DNA of 64,000 nucleotides from Felis catus (Eukaryota): assembly GCF_018350175.1 (NCBI RefSeq), contig NC_058368.1, positions 174,904,001 through 174,968,000 on the forward strand, given 5' to 3'. The first letter of the stretch is position 1; the number at the start of each line of letters is the position of its first letter. The notes beneath the pieces were generated by a model. The model made no database searches and was not told the DNA's origin. It saw only the letters and a list, made by a program, of their open reading frames with translations. Of the stretch, positions 61,607 to 64,000 are shown piece after piece. The position numbers were made by a program, and so were the translations under genes.

Positions 61607-62157
61607 CAGACTAGATGTCCTTTAATTTTTTTTTTTAATAGCAGGATTTATCTTAGAGAAAGACACTAAGTAAATACTTTTGCAGGTGGCACGTGGGTGT
61701 GGCCATCTGACTTAGTCAGTAAGAGCCTACAGGACCAAAGGTCAACAGGTTCTGAACCGGGCAGGTGGGTGCCGTCCCCTGGGAACTGCCCTCGGAGATC
61801 GCAAAGACGTGGTCTTGGCCCAACTTGCCGACTGTTTCATTTTACTCCCCCTCATTTGGGAACTTTGCCCCGGACTTAACGGCCCCCTGCCTTATCCATG
61901 CCTCCACTTCTGGGCGCAGATCACCCTTCGCCCGGCTGGCGAGCCCTGCTTGCCCCCTATAAGATGCCCGCATCCTGTAAGATGCCCCTTCTGCCATGAA
62001 CCTCCCCTAAGTCGTTGTTTGTGCTTCTCGGACACTGACGGCTGCTATCCAAGCGCTTTCTGCGGGCCGGGCGCTACGGGTACACCCGTATTTAAGGCCC
62101 TGGCGATTCTGGGGAGTTTGTTCTCATGATCGCCATCTCACTGACGGGTGAAATGCT

Positions 62158-62193
62158 CTGGCCAAGATCCGCCAGCTGGCCAAGATCCGCCAG
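62158..62193. repeat. perfect 18-bp tandem duplication
   Basis: ctggccaagatccgccag twice. Confidence 0.92.
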
Positions 62194-62579
62194 CCCGGGA
62201 CAGATTCTCACCCAGAGCCCTGACCCCACAACCCAGGCGCTTAACCCCCCCCCCCCCAGACACCCTTGGCACTTTTTACTTACTCATAGAGTTACCTGGC
62301 TTTCTTCTTCTGCCCCCAGCACTCGTGAGCTCCCCGAGGGCATAGTCATGAGTCAGTCTTCAATTTGGTTGCCTGTTGAGGATTCTGTAAACCTTGTGTG
62401 AACTTTGAGCCCGATTAAGTTGACATTCTCCTGATGGGGTTTCAGGCTGGGCGGGGCTTCGAATCTTCCCTGGGAATCTGGACAGAGAGACAAGAGGCAA
62501 GAGGAGTGAGTATTCCACTTCAGGGGAGAAGGCGCTATCTTTCAAATCCTTCTAAAAATGAGGGTCCCGTTTGGAGCAG

Positions 62580-63005
62580 TGTCCTAGGGTAGTGGAGAGG
62601 ACAGAGCGTGGGTTTGGCTCCATTTCTTTCCTCGTGGGTCCCTGGACAAACCTCCCCCCCTCCCCGAGCCCCTGTTTCCTTACCTGTAAAAACAGGGCGG
62701 CTGGGAGGCTTCAGTGAAATAAAGACTATACGACGCCTGACCCTGGGCCTGGCACGTAGGAGGTCCTCCTACATCACAGTTGGCTTTCTGCCCACCTACT
62801 CTCCTCTGCCTGCATTAGACACGCCTGCGTGAAAGGGCCATCTGCGTGTCGAACTTGATCACTAGCAGGACGTCCTTGGGCAGCAAGTGACTCTTGAAAC
62901 CTCGATTTCCTAATCTGTGAAAGGGGGATGATAATTGATTTACCACAGGCTTGTTAGGAGGGTTAATGAGATAACTTTCAGAAACGGCACCTGACACGTA
63001 GAAAA
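62580..63005 (+). mobile_element. two MIR fragments
   Basis: ctgtttccttacctgtaaaa; ccttgggcagc...tttcctaatctgtgaaaggggga...gggttaatgagataa. Confidence 0.65.
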
Positions 63006-64000
63006 TGATTTGTGACAGGCGCCTGTATACGGCCTGTTCCTCGGTCAGGTCCGAATCATCTCATCCCTTCTTGTGGCCTTGCTTTCTTTCCCTTCTTGTT
63101 TGTCGCCACGGAAACATTTCAAATTCCGCAGCAAGTACCGGGTAGGAAGATGCAGAGATAGAACAAGAAAGCACAAAGTACAGAGTACTGTTTTTGTACT
63201 TTTTAGTACAAAGCCGAATACTCCTGACAGGGACGTAGCCTGAAATACCAAACCGAGGACAAAGACCTGGAAAATATGAGTGAAATTTAGAATCAATATG
63301 AAGATCTCTTCAAAGTCCCTCCCCCCCCCCTTTTTTTTTAACGTTCTCTAAATGTTAACAAGATAAATAATGATCTTAATCTGGAGAAAATCCAGGTTAC
63401 GGTGAGGTCCAGTTTGGCATCATGCACCTGTTCAGCAGCACCCACTGAGGCCCAGCAGATCCTCCTCGTGTTCCCAGTCTTGGTTGTTCCCAGACAAGGC
63501 ACCGGGGCTGTCTGGTGATGAGACAGAGGTGGGAGAGACACTGCTGCAGAAATAGAAAGGGGACAGCTCAGAAGAATTCCAGAAAAGACAATCGAGGAGG
63601 TCAAGTGCGCATTTCTGGTCACATCCCCAATGCTAGCATCGGAAACCGTGCCCTGGGATGTCACTGAGGGTTCGTTCTTGGCAAGCACAGAAACAGACAC
63701 TCGCTGACTGAGGCAGAGAAGGAACGCGTCGGAAGGGTGCGGAGCAGTTCGCAAAATGCAGAGGAAGGTCGACTTGGAAACGGACAGGAAGTGTGGTGGC
63801 TTTGGGGGCCCCGAGAGCCAGAGCTGCTGGGCTGCCTCATCATCGGTGATGGGAAGGAACGTGCCCCAACTCTTTCTTTGTTTTTCCTTTTTCTATGTCA
63901 CTTAGCTTACGATTCCAAGTTCAGGAAGAGAGAACTTGATCGTCATAGCCAAGGTCACTTGTCACCTGAGACTACGAGGCAAGAGGCAAGCTCTTCGGGC

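Noticed and set aside
1..64000. CRISPR-like array or prokaryotic defence system
   Set aside because: The recurring repeats are dispersed retroposons with poly-A tails and TSDs in mammalian DNA; there is no regular repeat-spacer structure and no operon.
1..64000. Naming the host gene, locus or exact species
   Set aside because: No exon was recognised; this needs alignment of the unique islands to a reference genome.

Overview
Mammalian non-coding DNA from a cat-family (felid) genome. The assignment rests on about 58 tRNA-derived Can-SINE (SINEC_Fc-type) copies: a GGGGCGCCTGGGTGGC(T/G)CAGTCGG head, a (CT)n body and an AATAAA/poly-A tail, most with readable target-site duplications (TSDs). I can support no protein-coding exon, structural RNA gene or processed pseudogene; the listed ORFs are SINE-, L2-, MaLR- or low-complexity-derived, or chance. 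The background is ancient eutherian repeats (MIR, L2, L1M fragments, MLT1/MaLR LTRs, hAT MITEs) plus repeat-poor, AT-rich, motif-dense islands that look like developmental enhancers, so the window is probably a gene desert or large intron. I did not find a new gene system. The notable structures are: a SINE carrying a 22-bp 3' transduction (44631-44896); a SINE/L1 chimera (45170-45490); a zero-spacer inverted SINE pair (48464-48911); a multi-layer nested transposon stack containing a one-LTR MaLR (25650-30706); an unexplained 74-bp direct repeat 2.18 kb apart (40512/42694); a G-rich minisatellite (20159-20323); and an unclassified LTR-like block (61700-62250). Repeat family names come from my recollection of consensus sequences, not a database search, and boundaries of ancient repeats are approximate.
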